Assembly: GCA_964645875.1 (NCBI GenBank)
Contig: CAZYCX010000003.1
Location: 1-63,439 of the forward strand
DNA length: 63,439 nt
Origin: an uncultured Acidimicrobiaceae bacterium
Lineage (GTDB): Bacteria; Actinomycetota; Acidimicrobiia; Spongiisociales; ZC4RG35
Direction of reading: 5' to 3'
In this document: piece by piece, positions 39,492 to 49,037 of the stretch
How positions within the stretch are numbered: the stretch's first letter is position 1
How the letters are laid out: the number at the start of each line of letters is the position of its first letter
The notes under the pieces: model-generated
Told to the model about the DNA's origin: nothing
Database searches by the model: none
What the model saw: the letters and a program-made list of their open reading frames with translations, nothing else
Made by a program: the position numbers and the translations under genes

Positions 39492-40477
39492 GCCGACCCC
39501 TCCTCGACGCTCTCGCACTCCGGCCGCTGCCGCATCCACCGGTATGGATCATGCGTCAGGCCGGTCGCTACCTGCCCGAGTATCGCGCCGTCCGGGAACG
39601 GCACAGTTTCCAGGAGGTGGTGGGCACACCGGAGCTCGCCACCGAGGTGACACTGCAACCGATTCGGCGCTTCGGGATGGACGGGGCAGTGATCTTCGCC
39701 GATATCATGACCCCGCTGGAGGCCATGGGAGTCGAGATGACCTTCGACCCCGGGCCGAGGCTGAGCCCACTGACACTCACCGAAGTCGTCGACCTGCCCG
39801 TACTCGACCCGTCTCTGGTCTCCCACGTCGCGACGACGGTTCGCCTGGTGCGCGAGTCTGCGCCGGCGGAGACGGCGGTGATCGGTTTCGCCGGCGCACC
39901 GGTGACTCTCCTCGCCTATCTCCTCGAGGGTGGCGGTTCCAAGGACTTCCTGACCATGCGGGCCGCGCTGCGGGCAGATCCTCGAGCCGCTTCGGCCGCA
40001 CTGGAGAACCTGGCCCTCTCGATGAGGACCTATCTCCGCGTCCAGACCGAGTCGGGCGCCGATGTCGTTCAGCTGTTCGACACCTGGGCGGGGCTGTGTG
40101 ATCGGGACCTATTCGCCCGGATGGCGGTGCCTGCCGCCGCCCGGAGCCTCGACGACGTGGCGGCTCCGACGATCTACTTCGCCCCTGGTGCCGGGCACAC
40201 CCTCGACCTTCAGCCCGAAATCGGCGCCACCGGGTACGGAGTCGACTGGAGGACGGACCTCGAGACTGCCTTCGAGACCTTCGCCGGGCGAGCGGTCCAG
40301 GGAAACCTCGACCCGGCAGTTCTTCGCACCGACCCCGGGACGATCGGTGACGAGGTGGAATCGCTGCTCGGTCGCGCCGCAGGGCGACCCGGGCACATCA
40401 TGAACCTGGGTCATGGCATCGATCGGCACACCCCTCCCGACAACGTCGCCGCGTTCGTGGAGGCGGTCCGCTCTTGA
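39488..40477 (+). CDS. hemE: Uroporphyrinogen decarboxylase
   Basis: PPVWIMRQAGRYLPEYR, LQPIRRFGMDGAVIFADI, NLGHGI. TTG 39488 overlaps the hemL stop. The upstream ORF extension is out of context. Confidence 0.9.
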   Translation: MSRPLLDALALRPLPHPPVWIMRQAGRYLPEYRAVRERHSFQEVVGTPELATEVTLQPIRRFGMDGAVIFADIMTPLEAMGVEMTFDPGPRLSPLTLTEVVDLPVLDPSLVSHVATTVRLVRESAPAETAVIGFAGAPVTLLAYLLEGGGSKDFLTMRAALRADPRAASAALENLALSMRTYLRVQTESGADVVQLFDTWAGLCDRDLFARMAVPAAARSLDDVAAPTIYFAPGAGHTLDLQPEIGATGYGVDWRTDLETAFETFAGRAVQGNLDPAVLRTDPGTIGDEVESLLGRAAGRPGHIMNLGHGIDRHTPPDNVAAFVEAVRS

Positions 40478-41772
40478 GTGTGGTCGTGGTCGGAGGTGGG
40501 CTGGCCGGTCTGTTCTCTGCCTCCGAGCTCATGTCCATGGGTGTGGAGGACCTGGTCGTGGTCGAGGCCTCCCCGGCTCCCGGCGGTGTCGTGCGCACCC
40601 TGACGCGAGACGGATTCTCCCTGGAGCCGGGGGCGGGATCGTTCAGCCTGCCTCATCCGTATCTGGGACCTATCTTGCGGCGGGCCGGGGTGGTCACCAG
40701 GCCGGCAGAGGCAGGAGGGCGCCATGTGTTCACAGAGGGGAGTCTGGTGGAGTTGAGGGCCTCGCCAAGGATGCTCTTCACGCCACTGGTTCCGCTCCCG
40801 GCGGGTCTGCGCGCCATGGCCGAGATCCTGATACCGACGCGGTCCGACCCCGACGAGACCATTGCCGGTTTCTGTCGTCGCCGTTTCGGCCGGGGCGCGG
40901 GCGACGTGCTGTCCTGGCTCTTGGCCTCGGGAGTGTTCGCCGGTGATCCGAGTCGACTCTCGACACAGGCCGCCTTTCCTGTCCTGGAGGCACTGGAACG
41001 TGAATCGGGCTCGGTGGTGGTGGGTGTGCTGCGAAGACGCCTGGCCCGCTCCTTCGGAGGACGGGCCCGAATCCATGTACCGGTGGGGGGCATGGCGGCC
41101 GTCGCCGAGCTGATCGCTGAAACGCTGGGGGATCGATTTCGTCCGGGGTTCACCGTCGAGTCGGTGTATTCAGACGGTGATCGGTGGGTGGTGACCGGCC
41201 CGGAAGCCATCACGACCGAGTCGGTGGTGCTGGCGGTGCCCCCACATCTAGCTGTGGGGATGGTGGACCCGGAGCTCGCCGCCGTCCTCTCCGAATCCTC
41301 GAATGCTCGGGTGGCGGTGGTCTGGATCGGGGGAACGGCCCCTTCGCCCCTCCCTGAGGGCTTCGGTGCCCTGGTAGGACCGGGCGAGGGGATGCCGACA
41401 CGTGGGATCCTCTTCGAGTCGTCGTACGCACCCGAGCGCGCTCCGGACGGGTCCTGGCTGATCAAGGTGATAGTGGGTGGGGCCACTCAGCCCGACGTCG
41501 TCGATTGGAGCGACGAGAAGCTCACCGCGAGCACCGTCGAGGATGCCGGCAGGATCGTCGGCGCCGACTTGAGCCCGTCATTCGTCGAGTTGATCAGACA
41601 CCGCCCCGGAATCCCTCAATACGAGGTCGGCCACCTGCAGTGGCTTCGTCGGGTGAACTCGCTGCTGGGGGCCAGGTCGGGTCTGAGAGTCGCCGGATGG
41701 GGATATCACGGGGTGGGTGTGGCCAGTCTGGCGATGGGAGCGTCCAGACTCGCCAGGGAAATCGTCAGCTGA
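40474..41772 (+). CDS. hemY: Protoporphyrinogen/coproporphyrinogen III oxidase (FAD, HemY/CgoX-PgoX family)
   Basis: VVVVGGGLAGL dinucleotide motif, family-typical C-terminus (PQYEVGH...AGWGYHGVGV). TTGA overlap with hemE. Confidence 0.88.
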   Translation: MSVVVVGGGLAGLFSASELMSMGVEDLVVVEASPAPGGVVRTLTRDGFSLEPGAGSFSLPHPYLGPILRRAGVVTRPAEAGGRHVFTEGSLVELRASPRMLFTPLVPLPAGLRAMAEILIPTRSDPDETIAGFCRRRFGRGAGDVLSWLLASGVFAGDPSRLSTQAAFPVLEALERESGSVVVGVLRRRLARSFGGRARIHVPVGGMAAVAELIAETLGDRFRPGFTVESVYSDGDRWVVTGPEAITTESVVLAVPPHLAVGMVDPELAAVLSESSNARVAVVWIGGTAPSPLPEGFGALVGPGEGMPTRGILFESSYAPERAPDGSWLIKVIVGGATQPDVVDWSDEKLTASTVEDAGRIVGADLSPSFVELIRHRPGIPQYEVGHLQWLRRVNSLLGARSGLRVAGWGYHGVGVASLAMGASRLAREIVS

Positions 41773-41799
41773 AGCCAGGACTCTGATCCAGCGGCGCCC

Positions 41800-42681
41800 T
41801 CACGGTCTTCCGGCACCGTCGGGAGGCCCACCGGGGACGTCCGACGGAGGGCCGGCCCCGTCGCCGGGCTCGTTGTCCTGGCCCCCCACGCCGGGGCGGT
41901 CCACCATGTCCTGGCCGCCAGCCGGGCTGCCGATGGCTCGGGCCATTTCCGCGATCCTCCGACCGAACTCCACGTCGTCGAAATCGGTGTGATCCGCAAT
42001 GACGGCCATCTCGTCGAGCATCGAGGCCACGGCATCGCGGACCTCCTGGGACTCGGGAGCCGCGCTGTCTGACTCGACACTCGCCGCGGCATCGCGGAGC
42101 GCGGCGGTGGCGTTGGCGGCCTCGGGGGAGAAGCCGCCGACTTGCTCCCGGTCGCTCGACGCGGCGAGGGCTGCCGCGATGTGGTCGATGGCCTCGACGA
42201 CCTTGCCGGAGCCGGCCAGCACCCGAGCTTCGGCGATGCGCTCCGGGGTGCCCCCGTCCCCGATGCCCACCACTTCGAGGGCGCGGTCCAGACCGTACAA
42301 GGGATCGCCGGGAACGGCGGCGTCCGCGGCGATGGCGACTCCTGTCATCCCGACGACGACGAAGAACGCTACCGCGATCACGGCCAGTCTCTCGCGTAGG
42401 GCGACGAGGAGCGGTCTGGTGCGGCGGGGGTCGTCGATGACGGCCCCGACGCGGCTTTCGGGACGGGTGTCGTTGGTGAGGGCAGCGGCCTCGGCAGCCA
42501 AGCTCGCCATCTGCTCGTCTGATGAAGACGTCTGACCAAGTGGGTGCAATTCGGTGAGCACGGTGTGGAGACGCGTCAGAGCCGCATCCTCGAGTTCCTC
42601 TCCGGTGAGGACGCGCTCCACGTCGCGGTGAGTCATCTCTGCCCTGAACATCTCATCGTCGTAAACGTCTTCTTCGCTCAT
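41800..42681 (-). CDS. Anti-sigma factor-like membrane protein with DUF5667-type extracytoplasmic domain
   Basis: Single TM (LAVIAVAFFVVVGMTGVAIA), then PGDPLYGLDRALE. ATGA overlap with the upstream ECF sigma gene. Confidence 0.7.
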   Translation of the reverse strand: MSEEDVYDDEMFRAEMTHRDVERVLTGEELEDAALTRLHTVLTELHPLGQTSSSDEQMASLAAEAAALTNDTRPESRVGAVIDDPRRTRPLLVALRERLAVIAVAFFVVVGMTGVAIAADAAVPGDPLYGLDRALEVVGIGDGGTPERIAEARVLAGSGKVVEAIDHIAAALAASSDREQVGGFSPEAANATAALRDAAASVESDSAAPESQEVRDAVASMLDEMAVIADHTDFDDVEFGRRIAEMARAIGSPAGGQDMVDRPGVGGQDNEPGDGAGPPSDVPGGPPDGAGRP

Positions 42682-43229
42682 CGGGATACGTGGGACAGGT
42701 CGAGTTCCTGCTTCAGAGAGGCCAGTGCGCGGTGTTGGAGAGCCTTCACCGCTCCGATGCGCTTTCCCAGCACCTGGGCAGTCTGTTCCAGAGAGAGACC
42801 GGCGACCATGCGGAGGGCGAGCACGTCGCGTTGGGTCTCGGTCAGCCGCCCGAATGCGGCCAGTACCTCCGCGGTGACCAGCGACTCGACCGCCTCTTCT
42901 TCGACGTTGCCGCCTTCCGACGTCTCGTCAGGCGGGGGCGCGACCTGGTCGGGTCTTCGTGATCGCTGACGGCGCTCGTCGATCAGGGTTCGGTGGGCGA
43001 TGACGAACACCCAGGACCGGAATGAGCCCTCGTCTCCCTCGAAGTCATGGATGCTGCGGGCCACCTTGAGGAAGACCTCGCTGGCGGTATCTTCGGGCTC
43101 GACCGCGCCCCGGCTGGACAGATAACCGGTGACGGGCCCGAACAGCTGGTTGAAGATGGCCGACCAGGCCCAATCAGCCCCCGATTTGGCGGCAGTGAGA
43201 ACACTCGCGAATGCCTCCTCACCGACCAC
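42678..43229 (-). CDS. ECF-type sigma-70 family factor
   Basis: Region 2 (DTASEVFLKVARSIHDF...FRSWVFVIAHRTLIDERR) and region 4 (RDVLALRMVAGLSLEQTAQVLGKRIGAVKALQHRAL). Confidence 0.9.
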   Translation of the reverse strand: MVGEEAFASVLTAAKSGADWAWSAIFNQLFGPVTGYLSSRGAVEPEDTASEVFLKVARSIHDFEGDEGSFRSWVFVIAHRTLIDERRQRSRRPDQVAPPPDETSEGGNVEEEAVESLVTAEVLAAFGRLTETQRDVLALRMVAGLSLEQTAQVLGKRIGAVKALQHRALASLKQELDLSHVSR

Positions 43230-43336
43230 GGATCACTCCGATCACCCGCTGGCCGCGGTGGCTGGATGTCGGCTGTATCGCCGACCGGCGAGGGTGCTCG
43301 CTCCAGACCGGATCCAAGGACGGCTCCGTCAATGGA

Positions 43337-44719
43337 TCAGCCGATCGGGAGCCTGAGGCGGAACACGCTTCGATCGTCGCGACGCTCGTAAGTGAGGTTT
43401 CCGCCCATCAGCTCGGCGAGCTGGCGGGAGACCGCCAGGCCGATCCCCATCGACTGGTAGCGGTCCAAGTCGTCGTGGACACTGTGGTAGAGCTGGAATA
43501 TCGACTCCCACTGGTCTTCGGGCAGACCGGCTCCGTCGTCGATCACCTCGAGGTCGATCCAATCGTTTTCGCTCTCGAGGTGGACCGAAACCGAAGGACC
43601 ACCGTAGCGCTCCGCATTGGTGAGCAGGTTGCGCAGGATCTGTCGCACCCGGGTCGGGTCGGCGCTGACGACGACCGGTACCCCAGGACGCTCGAACGCC
43701 ACACCGTCGGTGAACGTGCCGCCTGCCGACAGGATCTGATCGACCTGGTCGGCCAGATCGATGATCTTCGCCTCGACGTTGAGCTCGTCGGAGTCGGCCC
43801 GGGCGGCCACGAGGAGGTCGTTGACGAGGTCGGACATCTCGCGCGCCTGCTCCACGATGGCGGTGACCATCGCCATGCGGTCCTCATCACCCATCCCGCC
43901 ATTGTCCTCGAGCACCTGGCTGAATCCGACGATCGCGGTCAGTGGCGTCCTGATCTCATGGCTGATCGCGGCGAGAAAGCGGTTCTTGGTGGTGATGAGC
44001 TCCTCCATCCTCCGTTCCTCGCTGCGATGCTCGGTCACGTCCACCACGGTGAACATCGCCCTGGAGAAGTCGGGCTCGCCGTCGACCACTGGGGCGGCGA
44101 GTATGGACTCGGCGTCGTATGTTTCTCCGCTGGGAGTGCCCGCGGTGAAGGAGGCGCGTGCCTCGGCTTGGCGGTTCCAGACCGCTTCGAACTGGGATAT
44201 CCACGAAGGGTACGACTCGTCGTTCACGATGCGAGGGTCGATGGGGCCGATCAGCTCCGGGAGGGGGAGCCCGACCGCCTTCACCGCCGCCGGATTGGCT
44301 GAGACGATCCAGACCAGGGGGACCGTGGCCCGGATGGACTCGATATCGGGGAGCACCTCGCGTATGGCCTCGATTCCCTGGCGGCGCAGATCGTCCATCC
44401 AGGCTTCGACTTGTGTGTAGTCCTGCTCCATGATCGGGAAGGGCGAGATGCGGAACAGGCTCTCGAAGCTGGCGATTCCCACCCGGGCGTCGGCGAGATC
44501 GACCCGAAGCCGATCCGTCTCCCGGCGCAGGGCGTGATAGCGGGAATGGAGTTGCTCCCAGGCCTCAGTGTGGCCGAGATCGGGGGAGAGGAAGCCTTCC
44601 ATCTCCGATGAGCACTCCGGGCAACCCGGGACATCGTTCCCAGGGCGCGCGAGGTCCGGCGTGGGTTCCGGTTTGGTGACTCTGCCTGGCGACGACACTC
44701 CATTGGTTATCGGATTCAT
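43337..44719 (-). CDS. Cytoplasmic PAS-containing sensor histidine kinase (no adjacent response regulator)
   Basis: H-box AAISHEIRTPLTAI, N-box LRNLLTNAERY, G-boxes DDGAGLP and GIGLAVSRQL. No TM segment. The start is uncertain (ATG 44719 or the longer ORF to 44806). Confidence 0.85.
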   Translation of the reverse strand: MNPITNGVSSPGRVTKPEPTPDLARPGNDVPGCPECSSEMEGFLSPDLGHTEAWEQLHSRYHALRRETDRLRVDLADARVGIASFESLFRISPFPIMEQDYTQVEAWMDDLRRQGIEAIREVLPDIESIRATVPLVWIVSANPAAVKAVGLPLPELIGPIDPRIVNDESYPSWISQFEAVWNRQAEARASFTAGTPSGETYDAESILAAPVVDGEPDFSRAMFTVVDVTEHRSEERRMEELITTKNRFLAAISHEIRTPLTAIVGFSQVLEDNGGMGDEDRMAMVTAIVEQAREMSDLVNDLLVAARADSDELNVEAKIIDLADQVDQILSAGGTFTDGVAFERPGVPVVVSADPTRVRQILRNLLTNAERYGGPSVSVHLESENDWIDLEVIDDGAGLPEDQWESIFQLYHSVHDDLDRYQSMGIGLAVSRQLAELMGGNLTYERRDDRSVFRLRLPIG

Positions 44720-44945
44720 GGGCGCTCGCCTGAACCCACTACCCGTTTGTTTTTCCCGATGGATCGGGCGAAATCGGAGCTCTGAGAGTGAAGACGTGCC
44801 GCGCACCCGGTCCAGACCGTGGCGTAGTCAGGGGTTTGAATCACCCCGAATAGGGATACTCTCTCCCCACGTCCGAGAGGGAGTGTGTCCATTGGCCCGT
44901 TGGGAGAGAATCAGGAGTCGCGGCGACGTCCAGGATCGGCGCGGC

Positions 44946-45746
44946 ATGAGCCGCCCCGGCGTCGCCATCGGCGGGTTGGGTGGGGCCGGTCTGATCGTCT
45001 TTCTCTTGGTGACGCTGCTCGGAGGGGGGTCAGGGCTCGATGACGTCATGGGCCAGCTCGACAACGCCACCGCGCCCCAGTCCCAGGCGCAGCCGGAGGA
45101 GTTCCAGGGCGAGGACGACTACGAGGTCTTCGCGTCGACCGTTCTCGGTTCCACCGACGATACCTGGAACGCCATCTTCGACGCGGCCGGCCTCTCCTAT
45201 GTGGAGCCGACACTCGTCCTCTTCCGGGACATCACCACCTCGGCATGTGGGAACGCCAGCTCCGCGGTGGGACCGCACTACTGCCCGCTCGACGAGACCA
45301 TCTACATCGACGAGACCTTCTTCGACGAATTGGTGGCCCGCTTCGGGGCTCAGGGCGGAGACGTGGCGGAGGCGTATGTCATCGCCCATGAGGTCGGGCA
45401 CCATGTGCAGAAGCGTCTCGGGATAATGGAGCAGGTCCAGGCCACCCAGCGCGCTGCCGGATCCCCTGAAGAGGCCAACGCGCTGTCGGTGCAGCTCGAA
45501 CTGCAGGCCGACTGCTTCGCCGGTGTCTGGGCCAACTCGTTGCGGGACGCCGGCGTCTTCCTGCCCGGGGAGATCCGGGAGGCCATGGATGCCGCCGCGG
45601 CCGTGGGGGACGATCGCATCCAGGAGCAGGTCGAGGGTCAGATCACCCCCGAGCGGTGGACCCACGGTTCGTCTGAGCAGCGGGTCGAGTGGTTCACCCG
45701 CGGATTCGAGACCGGTGATCCCGGTCTTTGCGACACCTTCGACTGA
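44946..45746 (+). CDS. Neutral zinc metallopeptidase (YpfJ family)
   Basis: N-terminal TM, GPHYCPLDETIYID, AYVIAHEVGHHVQ (HExxH), LQADCFAGVWA, HGSSEQR. Confidence 0.88.
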   Translation: MSRPGVAIGGLGGAGLIVFLLVTLLGGGSGLDDVMGQLDNATAPQSQAQPEEFQGEDDYEVFASTVLGSTDDTWNAIFDAAGLSYVEPTLVLFRDITTSACGNASSAVGPHYCPLDETIYIDETFFDELVARFGAQGGDVAEAYVIAHEVGHHVQKRLGIMEQVQATQRAAGSPEEANALSVQLELQADCFAGVWANSLRDAGVFLPGEIREAMDAAAAVGDDRIQEQVEGQITPERWTHGSSEQRVEWFTRGFETGDPGLCDTFD

Positions 45747-45758
45747 GCCTCGATCCGA

Positions 45759-46268
45759 TCAGGAGCCGAACAAGGCGGCGAGCTCGTCGAGATAGGCTTC
45801 GGCGGAGCGGGCGTTGTGTCGCCGCCATATCTCCACGTGATCGGTGGTCCCCGGCTCGTCCAGGGCGGCGAACGTCGGTCCCAGCGATCGTCTCTGCTCT
45901 GCGATCAGCCGGGCGGGCGAGCTGTGTGCCCTCTCCAGCAGGGCCAGCTTGAGGAGGAACTCGATGCGGATGTCGCGTACATGCGCCACCGGCTCGTCGA
46001 GCCAGCGCTCGAGACGGCGTTGACCCCGCCCGGTCACTCTGTGGATCACCCGGTCCGGGCCCGACTCGCCCCTCTCGATGTGCGCTCGCCGCGCCAAGCC
46101 GGTGTCGACCAGACGATCGAGCGCCCGGTAGACCAGGGGACGGCGGACGGTGAAGATCCTCCCCAGATCGGCCCCAGGGCCCAGCTCCCGGGCCAGGGCG
46201 AACCCGTGGTTGGGGCCCTCGGCGAGAACCCCGAGCACGGCGTACTCGGTGATCGAGAGCTCGGTCAC
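45759..46268 (-). CDS. PadR family transcriptional regulator
   Basis: LSITEYAVLGVLAEGPNHGFALARELG...VYRALDRL winged-helix pattern. Confidence 0.85.
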   Translation of the reverse strand: MTELSITEYAVLGVLAEGPNHGFALARELGPGADLGRIFTVRRPLVYRALDRLVDTGLARRAHIERGESGPDRVIHRVTGRGQRRLERWLDEPVAHVRDIRIEFLLKLALLERAHSSPARLIAEQRRSLGPTFAALDEPGTTDHVEIWRRHNARSAEAYLDELAALFGS

Positions 46269-46330
46269 TTCATCCCTTCATCCGGATGCTTGCCCGGCGG
46301 GTAGCGTGTAGTCACAATGAGAATAGGTCG

Positions 46331-47065
46331 ATGAGGGCACTCCTGGCCATGGTCACGGCTCTGGCGCTGGTCGGGTGCGCCCAAGGGGAGGATGAGGAGT
46401 TGGTGGTGTCGGCGGCCTCGTCGTTGACCGGGGCCTTTGCCGACATCGAGTCGGCCTTCGAGAAAGCCAACCCCGGGGTGAAAGTGAAGGTCAACCATGC
46501 CGGAAGCGCCACGCTGAGGGAGCAGATCCTCGAGGGGGCACCAGTCGACGTGTTCGCCCCTGCCGACCTGACCCACATGGGTCAGGTGGCCACGGCCGGG
46601 GCGATCGGAGGAGAGCACCGGGTGTTCGCCACCAACACGCTCCTCATCGCGGTGCCGGCGGGGAACCCCGGAGACGTCGCAGGGCTCGACGACTTCGCCG
46701 ACCCAAACCTGCTGCTCGGATTGTGCGCGGAAGGAGTCCCCTGCGGAGATCTCGCCCATGGAGTCCTCGACTCCGCGGGGATCGAGCCATCGATCGACAC
46801 CTACGAACCGAACGCCCGCCTCCTCCTGACCAAGATCGAAGCCGGTGAGCTCGACGCCGGGATCACCTACGCCACCGACGTGTACCGGGGCGACAGCACG
46901 GTCGAGGCCATCGAATTGCCCGAGGACCTCAGACTCACCACCCAATACCCGATCGCGATGCTGGCCCGGACCGACAAACCGGAACTGGCCGCTGCTTTCA
47001 TCCAGTTCGTGCTGTCACACGAAGGTCAGGCGATCTTGAGAGGGTTCGGGTTCGGCACACCATGA
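46331..47065 (+). CDS. modA: Molybdate ABC transporter substrate-binding lipoprotein
   Basis: Lipobox LALVGCAQ. VSAASSLTGAF...HAGSATLREQILEGAPVDVFAPAD...GITYATDV. Confidence 0.88.
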   Translation: MRALLAMVTALALVGCAQGEDEELVVSAASSLTGAFADIESAFEKANPGVKVKVNHAGSATLREQILEGAPVDVFAPADLTHMGQVATAGAIGGEHRVFATNTLLIAVPAGNPGDVAGLDDFADPNLLLGLCAEGVPCGDLAHGVLDSAGIEPSIDTYEPNARLLLTKIEAGELDAGITYATDVYRGDSTVEAIELPEDLRLTTQYPIAMLARTDKPELAAAFIQFVLSHEGQAILRGFGFGTP

Positions 47066-47856
47066 ATCGTCGCGTTTCCGGGAGGCCACCATCTCTCTTT
47101 CTCCTGTTGGCGTCGCTCGGGGCGGTCCTGTTCCTGATCCCTCTCCTCGGCCTGCTGTGGCGGACCCCCTGGTCCGACCTGCCGCGCCTGCTGTCCTCTT
47201 CGTTGGTGACCGATGCCCTCCGTCTCTCCGTGGTGTCGTCGATCACTGCGACCGCGATCTCGCTCGTGCTCGGTCTCCCTTTGGCCTGGATCCTGGCGCG
47301 CGTCGACTTCCCGGGACGAAGGCTGGTCCGGGGTCTCGTCCTCCTGCCCCTGGTGCTGCCCCCCGTCGTGGCGGGGGCAGCGCTCCTCTTCGCCATCGGT
47401 CGACGCGGGGTCATCGGAGAGGCTCTCTATGAGAGCACAGGGTTGGTGCTCCCGTTCTCGATGTGGGGGGTGGTCGTCGCGACGACGTTCGTTGCCATGC
47501 CGTTCCTCGTGATCACCGTGGAGGGTGCTCTCCGCAACCTGGACCAGCGCTTCGAAGACGCCGCGTCCAGTCTGGGGGCACATCGTTGGACCGTGATCCG
47601 CCGGGTCTCGCTCCCGATGATCGGCCCGTCGGTGACAGCCGGCCTCCTCTTGACCTGGGCCCGGGCCTTCGGCGAGTTTGGAGCCACCATCACCTTCGCC
47701 GGCAATCTGCAGGGTGAGACCCAGACTCTCCCACTGGCCGTGTTCGTCGCACTCGAGAGCGATCGAGAGGTTGCGGTTGCCCTCAGTCTGGTGATGGTGG
47801 CGGTGTCTCTCGGGGTTCTCGTCGCCCTGCGGGATCGCTGGTGGAGGGCATCGTGA
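47062..47856 (+). CDS. modB: Molybdate ABC transporter permease
   Basis: ModB-type EAA loop (EDAASSLGAHRWTVIRRVSLPM), FGEFGATITFAGN. ATGA overlap with modA. Confidence 0.9.
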   Translation: MNRRVSGRPPSLFLLLASLGAVLFLIPLLGLLWRTPWSDLPRLLSSSLVTDALRLSVVSSITATAISLVLGLPLAWILARVDFPGRRLVRGLVLLPLVLPPVVAGAALLFAIGRRGVIGEALYESTGLVLPFSMWGVVVATTFVAMPFLVITVEGALRNLDQRFEDAASSLGAHRWTVIRRVSLPMIGPSVTAGLLLTWARAFGEFGATITFAGNLQGETQTLPLAVFVALESDREVAVALSLVMVAVSLGVLVALRDRWWRAS

Positions 47857-48920
47857 GGGGGTCTCCGCTCGATGCCCGGGTCGTGTTTCGCCGGTCGCGA
47901 ACGTTCCAGATCGAAGTCGACCTGTCCATCGAGCCTGGGGCCACGGTGGCCCTGCTCGGGCCCAACGGGGCCGGAAAGTCGAGTGTGGTATCGGCGATCG
48001 CAGGGTTGTTGCCGATCGACGAGGGAACCGTCCGTCTCGGGAGCCGGGTGCTCGACGACCCCTCTGATGATGTCTTCGTCCCCTCCGAGAGTCGCCGGAT
48101 CGGCGTGGTTTTCCAGGACTACCTGCTCTTTCCCCATCTGAGCGTGGTGGACAACGTCGCCTTCGGCCTGCGGAGCCGGGGAACGCCCCGTTCCCGAGCC
48201 GATTCAGCCGCTCGCGCCTGGCTCGAGCGTCTCGGTCTCGCCGGTCTCGAGACCCGTCGGCCCGGCGACCTGTCGGGGGGACAGGCTCAGCGGGTCGCAT
48301 TGGCTCGTGCGCTGGTGACGGAGCCAGACGCCCTATTGCTCGACGAGCCCCTCGCCGCCCTCGACGTGACCACTCGCGCAGAGATGCGACACGCCCTTGG
48401 CGAACACCTGGCCGGCTTCGATGGGCCCCGCCTGCTGATCACTCACGACCCCGTCGAAGCGTTCCTGCTCGCCGACGATGTCTATGTCATGGAGGGTGGT
48501 CTGATCACCCAGGAGGGGTCACCCGAGGAGATCCGCCTCCGACCGCGGACCCGGTATGCCGCCGACCTCGCCGGAGCCAACCTGGTAGTGGGCGAGGCCA
48601 GGGACGGGGTGGTGAAGGTCGACACCCACGCCATCCACGTAGCCGACCACCAGATCTCCGGCCGGGTTCTGCTCACCATCTCTCCCACCGCGATCGCAAT
48701 CCATCGCCATCGGCCCGAGGGCAGCCCACGCAACAGTTGGTCGACCCGGATCAGGCGGGTGGAGCCGCTGGGGGACAGGGTCCGTCTCCAGGTGTCGGAC
48801 CCGTTGCCGCTCGCCGTGGAGGTGACCCGTGACGCGGCCGACGCACTCGAGTTGCACACCGGAGTCGATGTGTGGGTCGCGGTCAAGGCCACGGAGATCG
48901 GGGTCGAGCGCGACGGCTAG
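47841..48920 (+). CDS. modC: Molybdate ABC transporter ATP-binding protein with C-terminal TOBE domain
   Basis: GPNGAGKSS, LSGGQAQRVALARAL, LLLDEPLAALD. The alternative start GTG 47853 overlaps the modB stop (GTGA). Confidence 0.88.
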   Translation: MEGIVRGSPLDARVVFRRSRTFQIEVDLSIEPGATVALLGPNGAGKSSVVSAIAGLLPIDEGTVRLGSRVLDDPSDDVFVPSESRRIGVVFQDYLLFPHLSVVDNVAFGLRSRGTPRSRADSAARAWLERLGLAGLETRRPGDLSGGQAQRVALARALVTEPDALLLDEPLAALDVTTRAEMRHALGEHLAGFDGPRLLITHDPVEAFLLADDVYVMEGGLITQEGSPEEIRLRPRTRYAADLAGANLVVGEARDGVVKVDTHAIHVADHQISGRVLLTISPTAIAIHRHRPEGSPRNSWSTRIRRVEPLGDRVRLQVSDPLPLAVEVTRDAADALELHTGVDVWVAVKATEIGVERDG

Positions 48921-48930
48921 CTAGCTAGCC
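48915..48930. repeat. Perfect 16-bp palindrome GGCTAGCTAGCTAGCC (three tandem CTAG)
   Basis: Read directly. It contains the modC TAG stop (48918-48920) and gives TAG in two of the three reading frames on each strand. Confidence 0.9.
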
Positions 48931-49037
48931 GGACGGCAGCGGTGCCCCAGGAGGCCGGTATTGATCGTGGGTGGGTGGGAGTCGCTGATCGTCCGGGAGG
49001 TGGACCAACCCGGTTCCGGGGCGATAGGTTGCCATCC

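Noticed and set aside
46269-46330. Molybdenum-cofactor (Moco) riboswitch upstream of modA
   Set aside because: The intergenic region is only ~62 nt, far shorter than a Moco RNA (~130-140 nt), and no conserved Moco motif blocks are visible.
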